A stretch of 53,835 nucleotides of DNA from Nitrospinota bacterium (GTDB lineage Bacteria; Nitrospinota; Nitrospinia; Nitrospinales; VA-1): contig JAYNIA010000007.1 in NCBI GenBank assembly GCA_038108555.1, positions 15,903-69,737 on the forward strand. Reading direction: 5' to 3'. A program made the translations under genes and the position numbers. The notes beneath the pieces were generated by a model that did not search any database, was not told where the DNA came from, and saw only the letters and a program-made list of their open reading frames with translations. Each line of letters starts with the position of its first letter. The first letter of the stretch is position 1. Positions 1 through 10,058 of the stretch are shown here, piece after piece.

Positions 1-470
1 ACCAGATTTTTTTCCAACCCCCATCCTGTTCCAAAAACCAGAAGATTGGGGTCTCCCTGTTTCAATTCTTTCTTTAGCGCCTCATAGCCAATGCTTTGAG
101 GAGCTTTTTTTGCTCCCGTTACAATGATTCGAGGTTTTTTACCACTTTCTTCGGTAATTTCTTCAACGGCATCGCTGAGACTGTTTTTAACCACTGTTTT
201 CAGCAATGCTTCCTTCCGGGTTGGATTATATTCCGCTCCAAATCCGGTCTGCCAGTGTCCGATCAATCTTTCCACCAGCTCTTGCTGCGTTTTCAGGGGT
301 GTGATCACATAAAATGTTCCTACCCCAAAAGTTCTGCAAGCTCTCGAAATATCGTGAACATCCAACGTGGTTACTGATGAAACAATCACTTCCCCGGCTT
401 TGTTATAAACCGGGAAATGGACCAAAGCCAGGTGAATGTTCGAATTCGATACTTCGTCGACCTGTTTCAA
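1..470 (-). CDS. SPOUT-class SAM-dependent RNA methyltransferase (TrmD-associated family), 3' end runs off the window
   Basis: Not in ORF track. Hand translation from TTG at 470 gives MKQVDEVSNSNIHLALVHFPVYNKAGEVIVSSVTTLDVHDISRACRTFGV...FGTGWGLEKNL, open to the window edge. These motifs are typical of the RNA methyltransferase found beside or fused to trmD. Confidence 0.8.
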   Translation of the reverse strand, partial: MKQVDEVSNSNIHLALVHFPVYNKAGEVIVSSVTTLDVHDISRACRTFGVGTFYVITPLKTQQELVERLIGHWQTGFGAEYNPTRKEALLKTVVKNSLSDAVEEITEESGKKPRIIVTGAKKAPQSIGYEALKKELKQGDPNLLVFGTGWGLEKNL

Positions 471-481
471 AACTATCTTTT

Positions 482-1183
482 CTAATTCGACCGTTTATTT
501 TTTTCCAAAAGATCAGGACGAACGCTTTCTGTTTTTTTCAATGCCTCTGCTTTTTGCCAGGCACGAATTTTTTTGGGATCTCCCGACACCAAAACTTCCG
601 GAACCTTGAACCCCTTATAATCCCTGGGCCGGGTATATTGGGGATATTCCAGAATTCCATCCGAGAATGATTCTTCAACAATGGAATCGGAATCTCCAAG
701 GACACCTGGTAATAACCGGGACACCGCTTCCACCAAAACCATGGCCGGAATTTCGCCACCTGTCAAAATGTAATCGCCAATGGAAATTTCTTCATCGGCA
801 AAATGCAATCGAACCCGTTCATCAATTCCTTCATATCGACCGCAAATCAATATCAAACTTTCTTCCCGGGAAAGCTCGCGGGCTTTACCCTGATCGAAGG
901 GTTGACCTCCGGGCGAAAGCAAGATGGTTCTGGCATTGGGAACCTCTTTCTTTATGGCCTCCAAAGCCCTAGCAATGGGTTCTACATTCATTACCATACC
1001 CACGCCACCACCGAATGGGGTGTCATCTACCTTCCGGTGTTTATTCAGCGTATAGTCACGCAGGTCGTGGACTCGAATATCCAGTAAACCTTTGTCGCGA
1101 GCACGCTCAATTATGCTGTCGCCAAAAGGGGACTCAAACATCCCCGGAAAAATGCTAACAATGTCAAACCGGAGTGTCCTCAA
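482..1183 (-). CDS. trmD: tRNA (guanine37-N1)-methyltransferase
   Basis: [25 protein letters not shown] and [11 protein letters not shown] motifs; follows rimM. Confidence 0.97.
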   Translation of the reverse strand: MRTLRFDIVSIFPGMFESPFGDSIIERARDKGLLDIRVHDLRDYTLNKHRKVDDTPFGGGVGMVMNVEPIARALEAIKKEVPNARTILLSPGGQPFDQGKARELSREESLILICGRYEGIDERVRLHFADEEISIGDYILTGGEIPAMVLVEAVSRLLPGVLGDSDSIVEESFSDGILEYPQYTRPRDYKGFKVPEVLVSGDPKKIRAWQKAEALKKTESVRPDLLEKNKRSN

Positions 1184-1667
1184 ACAATCCCTCGACGCAA
1201 TGAAAAAAAAGTTTACCCTGTTCGAGGTCGATGGTGTGGACCACTGAGTCGATCATGGGAATCAGCCATTCTTTACCTTCGTCTCGGGCGACATAAACAT
1301 CGTTGCTTCCGGTTGCTATCACCTCTTCCACGACACCATAATATTTTCCAGCATCGTCATACGCCTGTAGGCCTTCTATTTCGAAGCGGTAATACTCGCC
1401 TTCGGGCAGAGGTTCAAAGTCTTCCCTGGCAACCAGAATTTCCTGTTTCGTAAATTTTTTCGCCTCATCAACGTTGTTAATTCCCTCGAATTTAACAATG
1501 TAGGGAGACTTTGCACCCCGAACGGATTCAATCTTTAACAGGTTGTCACCCAATCTAACTTGTTGAACCCCTTGAAGAGTTACATCGTCCTGATCGAAGG
1601 GGTAATATTTTAACTCCCCCTTCAAACCATGAACTCGGGTGACTCTTCCTACTGGAATCCAATCCAT
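1164..1667 (-). CDS. rimM: Ribosome maturation factor RimM
   Basis: [19 protein letters not shown] and TGSNDVY motifs. Start moved to ATG 1667, just after the khpA stop. Confidence 0.93.
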   Translation of the reverse strand: MDWIPVGRVTRVHGLKGELKYYPFDQDDVTLQGVQQVRLGDNLLKIESVRGAKSPYIVKFEGINNVDEAKKFTKQEILVAREDFEPLPEGEYYRFEIEGLQAYDDAGKYYGVVEEVIATGSNDVYVARDEGKEWLIPMIDSVVHTIDLEQGKLFFHCVEGLFEDTPV

Positions 1668-1668
1668 T

Positions 1669-1899
1669 TCACTCAATAATTTCAAGCACGGCCCGTTGTT
1701 TTAACTTGGTTGCCGTTGCATTCAAAATGGTACGGATCGCGTGGGCTGTTTTTCCCTGTTTTCCAATTACTTTTCCCAGATCTTCTTTTGCCACCCTAAG
1801 CTCCAGGACGGTTGTTTTGTCACCTTTTATTTCTTCAACTTCAACTTCATCGGGTTTATCTACCAGCGACTGGGCTATCATCAATATGAGTTCTTTCAT
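1669..1899 (-). CDS. khpA: KH-domain RNA-binding protein
   Basis: 76 aa; [17 protein letters not shown]; canonical rpsP-khpA-rimM context. Confidence 0.93.
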   Translation of the reverse strand: MKELILMIAQSLVDKPDEVEVEEIKGDKTTVLELRVAKEDLGKVIGKQGKTAHAIRTILNATATKLKQRAVLEIIE

Positions 1900-2131
1900 G
1901 CCACTCTCCTTTGCTTACGAAAAACATCTCCCAAGAATGAGTGTTTAACGAACCAAAACTAATTACCCGCTTTTGCGAATTGTGGTTTTGTGCAACAAGA
2001 GAATTAGAACTAGCTTTAACCTAATATCCAAACATTGGGACCAGGGTAAAAGAAGAACTACAACAACATGAATTTAAACCTTTTAATTAGCTTTATAAAT
2101 TACTGTTTTTTCTGACGAAGTGATTTCACTA

Positions 2132-2377
2132 CTACGCACCGACCCCGGCCTTTTTGAAGAGAGAATCGACAGTTTTGCTGGGTTTTGCACCTTTCTTAAT
2201 CCAGGCAACCGCCTTTTCTGCATCAACATTACAACCGTTTTCTTTCAACATTGGATCATATGTTCCCAGGATTTCCAAGAACCGACCATCCCTGGGCATT
2301 CTGGAGTCTGCTGCCACAATTCGGTAAAACGGTTTCTTTTTTGCTCCTCGTCGAGTTAATCTGATTACAACTGCCAA
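2132..2377 (-). CDS. rpsP: 30S ribosomal protein S16
   Basis: [32 protein letters not shown] start with AGGAG SD. Confidence 0.98.
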   Translation of the reverse strand: MAVVIRLTRRGAKKKPFYRIVAADSRMPRDGRFLEILGTYDPMLKENGCNVDAEKAVAWIKKGAKPSKTVDSLFKKAGVGA

Positions 2378-2461
2378 TTTTTTCTCCTTATTAGTTAAAT
2401 ATGCTCTCCCGGAATGGGAAAAACTAGTAAAAATAATAATTACCCAAGAATCAAATACTTA

Positions 2462-3799
2462 TCAACGGCCTAAGAACCCTCCGCCGCCCATTAAACTTCC
2501 GAAATTGAGCCCGCCTCCACGTGAAACTTTTTTCATCATCTTCTGCATCTGGGCAAATTGTTTTAAAAGTTTATTGATGTCATTCACCCGGGTTCCGCTT
2601 CCTTGAGCAATCCTGCGTTTGCGACTTGCATTGATGATATTGTGTTTCGCCCTTTCCCTGGGTGTCATCGAATTGATGATGGCTTCAATCTGCACAAAAG
2701 CTTTATTGTCGACTTTCAACCCTTTCAATTTTCCAGCACCGGGAATCATACCCAGCAACTGTTCCATCGAGCCCATCTTCTGAATCTGCTTTAACTGATC
2801 GCGGAAATCTTCCAGGGTAAAGGCATTGGCCTTGAACTTTTTCTGTAACTCTTCCTGTTCTTCCCTTTCAAAGTTTTCTTCCGCCTTCTCCACCAGCGAC
2901 ATGACGTCGCCCATGCCAAGGATTCGGGAAACAATCCGGTCCGGATGAAAAGGTTCAAGTGCATCCAGCTTTTCACCCATACCCACAAAGCGTATGGGTT
3001 TTCCGGTGATGGATTTAATGGAGAGCGCTGCACCGCCTCGGGCGTCACCATCCATCTTGGTTAAAACAACACCATCGATTCCAACCGCATCGTTAAACGT
3101 TTTTGCGATTTCCGCCGACTGCTGGCCCATCATCGCATCGGCAACGAACAACACTTCATGCGGTTGCACCGTTTCCTTGATGCGTTTGAGTTCATCCATC
3201 AGGTCTTCATCCACCTGCTGGCGTCCAGCAGTGTCAATAATGACCACCTGACTCATTTTGTTAGTCGCGTCATCCAGCGCTTTTTTACAAATGGCAACCG
3301 GATCTTTTTCATCGCCGCCTTCAAAAACCGTAATGCCCAGATCCCTACCCAGAACATGCAATTGCTCTATCGCTGCGGGACGATAAACATCCGCCGGGAC
3401 CAGAAGACAGGTTTTACCTTTTTCTTTAAACCGTTTCGCCAGTTTACCCACCGTGGTGGTTTTACCCGAGCCCTGCAGGCCCGCCATCAAAATTATGGTG
3501 GGCGGTTTCGAGGCAAACTGGATGTCCTTAAATTCATCACCGATTAAAACTGTCAACTCGTCATTGACAATTTTCACCATCTGATGACCCGGTGTCAGAC
3601 TTTTTAATACTTCCTGACCGATAGATTTTTCACGTACTGGAGCCAGAAATTCTTTGATCACTGGCAAACTGACATCGGCCTCGATCAGGGCGACGCGAAT
3701 TTCGCGTAACGCTTCATCAACATCAGCCTCTTTAAGTACTCCGCGGCCTTTTAATTTTTTGTAGATGCCCTCAAGGCGATCCGATAAATTATCAAACAT
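2462..3799 (-). CDS. ffh: Signal recognition particle protein
   Basis: GLQGSGKTT, DTAGR and TKMDGDARGG motifs; Met-rich M domain. Confidence 0.98.
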   Translation of the reverse strand: MFDNLSDRLEGIYKKLKGRGVLKEADVDEALREIRVALIEADVSLPVIKEFLAPVREKSIGQEVLKSLTPGHQMVKIVNDELTVLIGDEFKDIQFASKPPTIILMAGLQGSGKTTTVGKLAKRFKEKGKTCLLVPADVYRPAAIEQLHVLGRDLGITVFEGGDEKDPVAICKKALDDATNKMSQVVIIDTAGRQQVDEDLMDELKRIKETVQPHEVLFVADAMMGQQSAEIAKTFNDAVGIDGVVLTKMDGDARGGAALSIKSITGKPIRFVGMGEKLDALEPFHPDRIVSRILGMGDVMSLVEKAEENFEREEQEELQKKFKANAFTLEDFRDQLKQIQKMGSMEQLLGMIPGAGKLKGLKVDNKAFVQIEAIINSMTPRERAKHNIINASRKRRIAQGSGTRVNDINKLLKQFAQMQKMMKKVSRGGGLNFGSLMGGGGFLGR

Positions 3800-3927
3800 G
3801 TAAAATCTGGATAAACCCTTAAAATTTCAGGGGAATGTTTACTCTGATTGTAAATGATTTAGTATATAATAACCCCCTCTAACTGGCAATATTTAAAATC
3901 CCAAAACCGATCTATAGCCCTTAACCT

Positions 3928-4617
3928 ATGAAAAATAAAGCAGTTGTCCTATTGAGTGGAGGATTGGACTCCACCACCACACTGGCCATTGCCCAAAATC
4001 AGGGATTCGAAATCTATGCCCTCAGTTTCGATTACGGACAAAGACACCGGGTGGAACTGGAACGTGCCCGGGAAATTGCCGAAAAATTTGCCGTGCCAGA
4101 CCACCAAATCGTGACCATCGATCTTAGACAATTTGGTGGATCTGCATTGACGGACTCAATCGATGTGCCCACAAACCGTGATGAAAAAGAAATGAGTGAA
4201 GAAATTCCCATCACCTACGTTCCTGCACGAAATACAATTTTCCTTTCGTTTTGTCTGGCCTATGCAGAAGTAAAGAATGCGGAAAATATTTTTTTGGGAG
4301 TCAACGCCGTGGACTATAGCGGATACCCTGATTGCCGTCCAGAATTCATTTCTGCATACGAGACCCTGGCCAACCTTGCCACCAAAGCCGGAGTGGAGGG
4401 AAAGAGCAAATTAAAAATCCACACACCGTTAATCCAACTCACCAAAGCCGAGATCATAAAGAAAGGAATGGAACTGAGAGTGGATTATTCCTTAACCCAT
4501 AGTTGCTATGACCCCGATCCAAACGGAACCGCTTGCGGTAGCTGCGACAGTTGCCTGTTGCGTTTGAAGGGATTTAAAGATGCAGGCTTTGAAGACCCGG
4601 TTGAGTATCGGTCGTGA
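3928..4617 (+). CDS. queC: 7-cyano-7-deazaguanine synthase
   Basis: [25 protein letters not shown] and C-terminal CY..CGSCDSC. Confidence 0.97.
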   Translation: MKNKAVVLLSGGLDSTTTLAIAQNQGFEIYALSFDYGQRHRVELERAREIAEKFAVPDHQIVTIDLRQFGGSALTDSIDVPTNRDEKEMSEEIPITYVPARNTIFLSFCLAYAEVKNAENIFLGVNAVDYSGYPDCRPEFISAYETLANLATKAGVEGKSKLKIHTPLIQLTKAEIIKKGMELRVDYSLTHSCYDPDPNGTACGSCDSCLLRLKGFKDAGFEDPVEYRS

Positions 4618-4636
4618 AGGAACTTGTTTTGAGCCT

Positions 4637-4664
4637 TCATTGCGAGGAGCTTATGCGACGAAGC
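4637..4664. repeat. REP-like palindromic element remnant
   Basis: TCATTGCGAGGAGCTTATGCGACGAAGC just after queC; resembles the widespread GTCATTGCGAG...GCGACGAAGCAATC extragenic repeats. Confidence 0.45.
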
Positions 4665-4767
4665 CGTGATAATTTAACAATTAGTTTCGTGCCCGGAAAG
4701 GGTAAATCCTGACTCAAAATTTTTTCAAGGATGGGCATTAAGGATTTAGCCAAAACCAGAAGAAGCA

Positions 4768-4793
4768 TCACCCTTCGATAAGCTCAGGGTGAC
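4768..4793. repeat. REP-like palindromic element
   Basis: TCACCCT-tcgataagctc-AGGGTGA hairpin; 4770-4793 matches 49705-49728 at 21 of 24 positions. Confidence 0.6.
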
Positions 4794-4807
4794 AAAAAGG
4801 GGCAATA

Positions 4808-4842
4808 TAAAAACCCCCTCCCAATGGGAGAGGGTTGATTAA
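4808..4842. terminator. Intrinsic terminator between convergent queC and the His-rich gene
   Basis: AACCC-CCTCCCA-a-TGGGAG-AGGGTT hairpin with an A-run on the left (U-tail on the minus strand). Confidence 0.6.
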
Positions 4843-4923
4843 TTCAATACCACTTTTCTAGAAGCTGGTGCCTAATCAATCGCACTAAAATGTTGCGACC
4901 TATTATCAGCGGCGATTCGCCCC

Positions 4924-5304
4924 TTAGTGGCTTCCCTCTTCCATGCGTTTGTGTCCCCTATCTTTCATTTGCATGGCTTCGTCTTTAATGCCGCTGCCTT
5001 CTTCCATCATTTCGTGTTTCTTATGATCGTATTTTCCGTATTTCTTTTCGTAATATTCTTTGGAGTGTTCCCCACCATGTTCGCCCTTAATTCCTGAGTG
5101 ATCGCCACCCATCCCGTGGTTTTTGTATTCATGGGCCATCGCGCGTGATTTGCGATCCATTTCCATCGCCGATCCCCCACTGCCTTCTTCATACATTCCA
5201 TGTCCGTGGCTTTCTTCTTCATGAGCGCCATCATGTGCTAAAGCGGTTGTGGCAAACAACATCAACATGGCGACCATTGAAATCGCCGCAAACAATTTTT
5301 TCAT
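4924..5304 (-). CDS. Exported His/Met-rich low-complexity protein, putative metal binder
   Basis: AGGAG SD; signal peptide ending ALA; three EEGS repeats; many His and Met. Confidence 0.8.
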   Translation of the reverse strand: MKKLFAAISMVAMLMLFATTALAHDGAHEEESHGHGMYEEGSGGSAMEMDRKSRAMAHEYKNHGMGGDHSGIKGEHGGEHSKEYYEKKYGKYDHKKHEMMEEGSGIKDEAMQMKDRGHKRMEEGSH

Positions 5305-5464
5305 TTTTATCTCCTAAAATTCCGGGCCACGCCCGGTGGGAAATGGGTCAAAGCTCTCAAGAGCAAACTATTACAACCTGGCTTCTGGATTTAGTGTTCT
5401 GGATGAAAATGTCCTTTCATTTCATGGCATTTTACAGACATCATTCTATAGAGTCCAGATCATC

Positions 5465-6175
5465 CTAAAACTGACGAAAACTTTCCGCACCGTCCACGAA
5501 AAGCGTATCTCCATTAACGAATTGATTTTCCACTAAATAGTCGAGGGCCTGCAGCAGGTTCTCGATATTACCATGGGTTCGGGTGGGAACTTTTTTAGCC
5601 GACTTTTCCAGGTAATCGGGAGCCCCGCCCTGGGGAGGCAGGATGAGCCCCGGTGCGATTCCATTAACGCGTACGGTTTCACCCCATTCAACGGCAGCCA
5701 GTTCGGTGAGATGTTTCAGTCCAACCTTACTTACGGAATACGCTGCAAAAGTGGGAATATGTTTTCGTACCCGCTCATCAATAATATTTACGATCATGCC
5801 TTTATTAATGCCCCGTTTGTAGTCACGCATCAGCAGATAAGGAGACATTAGGTTCAGCTGCAGCGTTTCCGTTAAAGTTTCCGTTTGTGTTGCCTCCAGA
5901 TTTTCCTGGATAAAATTGGCCGCAGAGTTAATAAGGATTTCCACATCATCAAAGTCGGCAATCACTTTCGAAATCAATCTTTCCGTTTCATTCAGATCGG
6001 ACAAATCGCACGGGTACTCCCTGCATCGAACCCCGTGAGATTTTATCTCTTCTACCACTTCTGAGGGACTGGACCGGTTGTAGTGGAGGGCAATGTTGAA
6101 TCCTTTACCCGCAAGATGCAAAGCCATGGCCTTGCCAATGCGAATGGCACCTCCTGTTACGATTGCTGTTGGCAT
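5465..6175 (-). CDS. Short-chain dehydrogenase/reductase, pteridine reductase (FolM/PTR1)-like
   Basis: TGGAIRIG, LHYNRS, YSVSK (YxxxK) and VNGIAPG motifs. Confidence 0.85.
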   Translation of the reverse strand: MPTAIVTGGAIRIGKAMALHLAGKGFNIALHYNRSSPSEVVEEIKSHGVRCREYPCDLSDLNETERLISKVIADFDDVEILINSAANFIQENLEATQTETLTETLQLNLMSPYLLMRDYKRGINKGMIVNIIDERVRKHIPTFAAYSVSKVGLKHLTELAAVEWGETVRVNGIAPGLILPPQGGAPDYLEKSAKKVPTRTHGNIENLLQALDYLVENQFVNGDTLFVDGAESFRQF

Positions 6176-6281
6176 TTTTGTTCCCTGTTTGGCTTATGCT
6201 ATACTTGCAGCATTTAACTTCAAATTTCTTTTTAAATCCACCTAAATTCATAGTCCAGATGAACTGGACTTGTAGGTATTA

Positions 6282-6815
6282 TTGCAAACAGGAGATCAGG
6301 TTGTGAGTGATAAAAAAAGCGTGAACATTGCCGTATTAACCGTATCTGACACACGGACGGAAGCGGATGATAAATCGGGTCAGGTTCTGGTTGATCGAAT
6401 AAATGGTGCCGGGCACCATTTGGTAGAAAAAAAGATTGTCACAGACGACAAAACCCTGATCCAGGAGCAATTGAGAAAATGGATTGCCAGCCCGGAAGTA
6501 GATGCGGTTATTTCCACTGGAGGAACCGGTGTCACGGGCCGGGACATTACCCCGGAAGCTTTCGAAGAGTTGTATGACAAGGAAATTCCCGGATTCGGTG
6601 AATTGTTTCGCATGCTCAGCTACGAAGGCATAAAAACTTCTACCATGCAATCACGTTGCACGGGTGGCGTTACAAATGGAACTTTTCTGTTCGCCTTACC
6701 AGGTTCTACAGGTGCCTGCAAAGATGGTTGGGACCAAATCCTGGTTCACCAATTCGACAGCACCCATAAGCCCTGCAATCTGGTGGAACTGATGCCTCGC
6801 CTGTTAGAAAAATAG
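6282..6815 (+). CDS. moaB: Molybdenum cofactor biosynthesis protein B
   Basis: AVLTVSDTR, STGGTGVTGRD, PGFGELFR and LPGS motifs; start may be GTG 6303. Confidence 0.92.
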   Translation: MQTGDQVVSDKKSVNIAVLTVSDTRTEADDKSGQVLVDRINGAGHHLVEKKIVTDDKTLIQEQLRKWIASPEVDAVISTGGTGVTGRDITPEAFEELYDKEIPGFGELFRMLSYEGIKTSTMQSRCTGGVTNGTFLFALPGSTGACKDGWDQILVHQFDSTHKPCNLVELMPRLLEK

Positions 6816-6929
6816 CCGGCCACTCGGAGTGGGGCCAATAAGTCAAAATTATTATGGCTATCCATCATTATGAGGCTTGTGGATTGAGGTTTTTCAAATT
6901 GCAGCCCTCGTCAAAAGGCTGAAATAAAG

Positions 6930-7847
6930 ATGCAGCGATACGAATTTGAGGTAGACGAGGCTTCAGGAAAAAAGCGTCTTGATGTTTTTCTATCTGAAAG
7001 CCTTCCTGAAATCAGCCGGTCACGACTTAAAAAGTTAATCGACGAAAAGCAGGTGACGGTCAACCAGAAATCCCGTCCCGCCGGATACAAAGTCCGGGTC
7101 CATGAAAAAGTCCAACTCCAGGTTCCTCCCCTTGAAAGGCTGGAAACCGAACCCGAAAGCATCCCTTTAGATATTATTTTCGAAGACGAACACATGTTGG
7201 CCGTGAATAAGCCCGCAGGCATGGTGGTGCACCCGGCTCCGGGTCACGGCAAGGGCACACTGGTAAATGCCTTGCTTCATCATTGCAAGGATCTTTCTGG
7301 AATTGGGGGAGTGGAACGTCCTGGCATTGTCCACCGTCTGGACAAAGAAACCTCGGGACTGGTACTGATTGCCAAAACAGAAGCGGCCCATAAAGCTCTG
7401 GCCTCTCAATTTAAAAAACGCGAAATAAAAAAGGAGTACAGGGCCTTTGTAAAAGGCAATGTAAAAAATGAAAAGGGCACTATCGATTCCCCGGTGGGGA
7501 GACATCAAACCCAGAGAAAAAAAATGGATACTCGTCAGAGTAATGGACGCCCCGCCTGTACTCATTTTGAAGTTTTACAAAAAGGAAAAAACTGGACCTA
7601 TTTGCAACTGCGTCCTGAAACTGGCAGAACCCACCAGATTCGTGTTCACCTGGCATCCATCCATCACCCCGTTCTTGGGGACAAACTATACGGTGGCAAA
7701 AACCCCAATTCCGGCACCTTAAAAATGGAAAGGCAGGCACTGCATGCCCATCGTCTCGAATTGAGCCATCCAATCTCGGGAAAAAGTCTTTCCTTCACGG
7801 CACCTCTTCCTCCTGATATGGAAAACTTTCTTCAATCCAGGAAATAA
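6930..7847 (+). CDS. rluD: RluA/RluD-family pseudouridine synthase with S4 domain
   Basis: N-terminal S4 (RLD..SRS); VHRLDKETSG, TGRTHQIRVH and QALHA motifs. Confidence 0.88.
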   Translation: MQRYEFEVDEASGKKRLDVFLSESLPEISRSRLKKLIDEKQVTVNQKSRPAGYKVRVHEKVQLQVPPLERLETEPESIPLDIIFEDEHMLAVNKPAGMVVHPAPGHGKGTLVNALLHHCKDLSGIGGVERPGIVHRLDKETSGLVLIAKTEAAHKALASQFKKREIKKEYRAFVKGNVKNEKGTIDSPVGRHQTQRKKMDTRQSNGRPACTHFEVLQKGKNWTYLQLRPETGRTHQIRVHLASIHHPVLGDKLYGGKNPNSGTLKMERQALHAHRLELSHPISGKSLSFTAPLPPDMENFLQSRK

Positions 7848-7945
7848 AGGTGGAAAGTTATAAATTGGACGGCCCTGGGCTTCAGATTTATTCCCCAACC
7901 CCATTTATAAATGACAAATTTACAAGACTTAAGACAAATTCAACC

Positions 7946-8710
7946 TGTGAATAACTTGTTAGTAAAACCATTTTCCCCTTACAATCTCAAATCTAAAATT
8001 GAGACCAGAAAAAAACGTGCATATCAAAAAAAACGTAACTATTTTATTTTCAATATCTTTACAAACTTCACCCGAACTCGAAAATTAATATTGACACTCC
8101 TCTTTGGATAAAAGCGTTTTTCACATTTTTTTATTGCTCCGTCCCCACGGGATAAGCCGAAAATAAAAGGGGAATTTCGGTATCAAATTCTTGGCAGCCG
8201 GAGCCCCTGATTTATTGCGATTCATTATCAACTTGATATTTTAAAATTGAATTTATTTCCGATCAGCCTATTAAATCAACCTATGAGGCTGATCAGTTTT
8301 TTGACGCAGTCAGCCACCTAAGTTTTAAAAAGGGAAAATAACTTTTAACTTTGGAACTCCCCTTCTTCCCGCCATTCATGAGCCTTTGAGCCCCCTATAA
8401 TCCAGCAGGGCTTTAAAATAGGGCCTGAATTACAGTATGAATTCGGATTGCCATATAGGTCAAGGCTTTCAGGGGGTGTCTCTACAATCAATTTCTTTTC
8501 CACAATATCTGTTAACAACCTGTGGAAAAGCTTGGGTAAAATTGAGTCAGAAGGGATAAATTGGGACTTTTGGGTTTGTCGATTAGAAAATATGCAAAAA
8601 AAAATAGTATTGATTTATTAAGGATTAAATCATTTCAACCTTTGGTATTTAAAAAATATTTATTCCATCTTAAAAACCATAAATTTAAAAAAAAATTTCC
8701 AACCTATTTT
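7946..8710. promoter_or_regulatory. Cluster of DnaA-box-like sites plus AT-rich tract (candidate oriC or DnaA-binding locus)
   Basis: TTWTNCACA matches at 7946-7954(-), 8117-8125(+), 8496-8504(+) and 8521-8529(-); near matches at 8103, 8510 and 8533; AT-rich 8586-8710; no credible CDS between 7848 and 8778. Confidence 0.5.
8261..8301 (+). terminator. Hairpin with T-tract inside the large intergenic region
   Basis: GATCAGCCT (8261-8269) / AGGCTGATC (8286-8294), followed by AGTTTTTT. Confidence 0.4.
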
Positions 8711-8778
8711 TGCAATTTTTCAAATTGAGGGACTATGCAACTTGCGATTTTACAGCGAAATATAGGTATCAGGATATT

Positions 8779-9294
8779 TCAAAGGCAGCATTTCTTGTAT
8801 TTTTTTCCGCTTCCACAAGGACAGGGATCATTTCGACCTACTTTCTCCTGGTCTCGGACAAAGGTCTTGGGCTTTTTCCCGGTCGATACGGGAACTGGAG
8901 GGAGGGTTGAATCTTTTCTACTATAAACCCAGCGTCCATTTATTTTATAAAATCGGGAGGATTCACGAAGGGTCTGGGGACTTCCATCTTTAATATAATG
9001 AGCCACAAAATCGACCTGTCCTTCATTATCCTCCCTGCCGCCCTTATGAGCCCCAATAATTTCCAGTTTTTTCCATTCGGCACCCTGATCCACCAAAGCC
9101 GATTCCAGTCGGGCCATTTCTTTTTTTTCTTCCGGATGGCTGGTTAAAACGATGTATTCCCAATTATTTTCTGTAAATGCAGTATAACGTGACCGCATCA
9201 GGTCTTCTGCCGTATCCGCATAACTGGTACCACGAATTAGAGGACCACAACAATCCGTATAGGGGAAGTTTGAGCCACATGGACAATCTTTCAT
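8779..9294 (-). CDS. YchJ (UPF0225) family protein with SEC-C motifs
   Basis: N-terminal CPCGS...[16 protein letters not shown]-terminal [18 protein letters not shown]. Confidence 0.92.
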   Translation of the reverse strand: MKDCPCGSNFPYTDCCGPLIRGTSYADTAEDLMRSRYTAFTENNWEYIVLTSHPEEKKEMARLESALVDQGAEWKKLEIIGAHKGGREDNEGQVDFVAHYIKDGSPQTLRESSRFYKINGRWVYSRKDSTLPPVPVSTGKKPKTFVRDQEKVGRNDPCPCGSGKKYKKCCL

Positions 9295-9402
9295 TTTTAT
9301 TCTTCCTTAATCCATCAAATTCCTGTTTAACATTGATGTGAAAGGTTAGAGTAAGGACAGCGACCAATCAAGACATAAAATTAATTGGCAGGAGATAATT
9401 TA

Positions 9403-9912
9403 ATGGCCAGCAATATTTTTGAAGATTTTTTTGACCGCAAGACAAATAGCCGCTCATCTTCTTTACCTGTTCTTTACCCCGCTCCCGAATTCAGGGGATT
9501 AAAAAACTGGATCAACACAACACCTATAAAATCCATGAAGCAACTGATCGGAAAAGTGGTGCTGATTGATTTTTGGACTTATTCCTGCATCAATTGTTTA
9601 AATGCGTTGCCTTATGTAAAAGTCTGGCATAAAAAATATCAAAAGCATGGACTGGTTGTTCTGGGAATACACGCCCCCGAATTTGGATTTGAAAAGAAAT
9701 ATCAAAATGTCCTGAACGCGGTTAAAAAGCACCAAATAAAATTTCCCGTCGCCCAGGACAATGGGTTTCGTTTATGGAGGGCTTACAAGAACCGCTACTG
9801 GCCGGCACTCTACTTAATAGACAAACAGGGCAATGTGCGGTATATGCATTTCGGGGAAGGCCGATATCAAGTGACGGAATCTGCTATCCAGCAATTGCTG
9901 AAAGAAGCTTAA
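9403..9912 (+). CDS. Thioredoxin-like redoxin (DipZ C-terminal/TlpA type)
   Basis: IDFWTYSCINC, HAPEFGFEK, NRYWPALYLID and HFGEGRY motifs; GGAG SD favours ATG 9403. Confidence 0.88.
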   Translation: MASNIFEDFFDRKTNSRSSSLPVLYPAPEFRGLKNWINTTPIKSMKQLIGKVVLIDFWTYSCINCLNALPYVKVWHKKYQKHGLVVLGIHAPEFGFEKKYQNVLNAVKKHQIKFPVAQDNGFRLWRAYKNRYWPALYLIDKQGNVRYMHFGEGRYQVTESAIQQLLKEA

Positions 9913-10058
9913 AAGCCTCTTCTTTTAAATGGAAAGGCAGGACGCTGACCTTTGCGCTCTGCAAGACGTGAAGTTTGTTTTTTATTTTCCTCTGATTTTT
10001 CTTCTTCGGTTTTTTCAGAATCTTCTTCTGACTTTTTTTCCTGATCCTTTTTTTCCAT
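9909..10058 (-). CDS. Small charged hypothetical protein (49 aa)
   Basis: GGAGGTG SD before ATG 10058; MEKKDQEKKSEEDSEKTEEEKSEENKKQTSRLAERKGQRPAFPFKRRGF; stop overlaps the redoxin stop; below the track size cutoff. Confidence 0.6.
   Translation of the reverse strand: MEKKDQEKKSEEDSEKTEEEKSEENKKQTSRLAERKGQRPAFPFKRRGF

Noticed and set aside
7911..8111. 66-aa track ORF in the intergenic region
   Set aside because: No SD, AT-driven composition and no motif; overlaps the DnaA-box-like sites.
8190..8206. c-di-GMP-I riboswitch (GGCAGCCGG)
   Set aside because: The upstream GACGCAAAG and GNRA/receptor elements are missing, and no gene follows.
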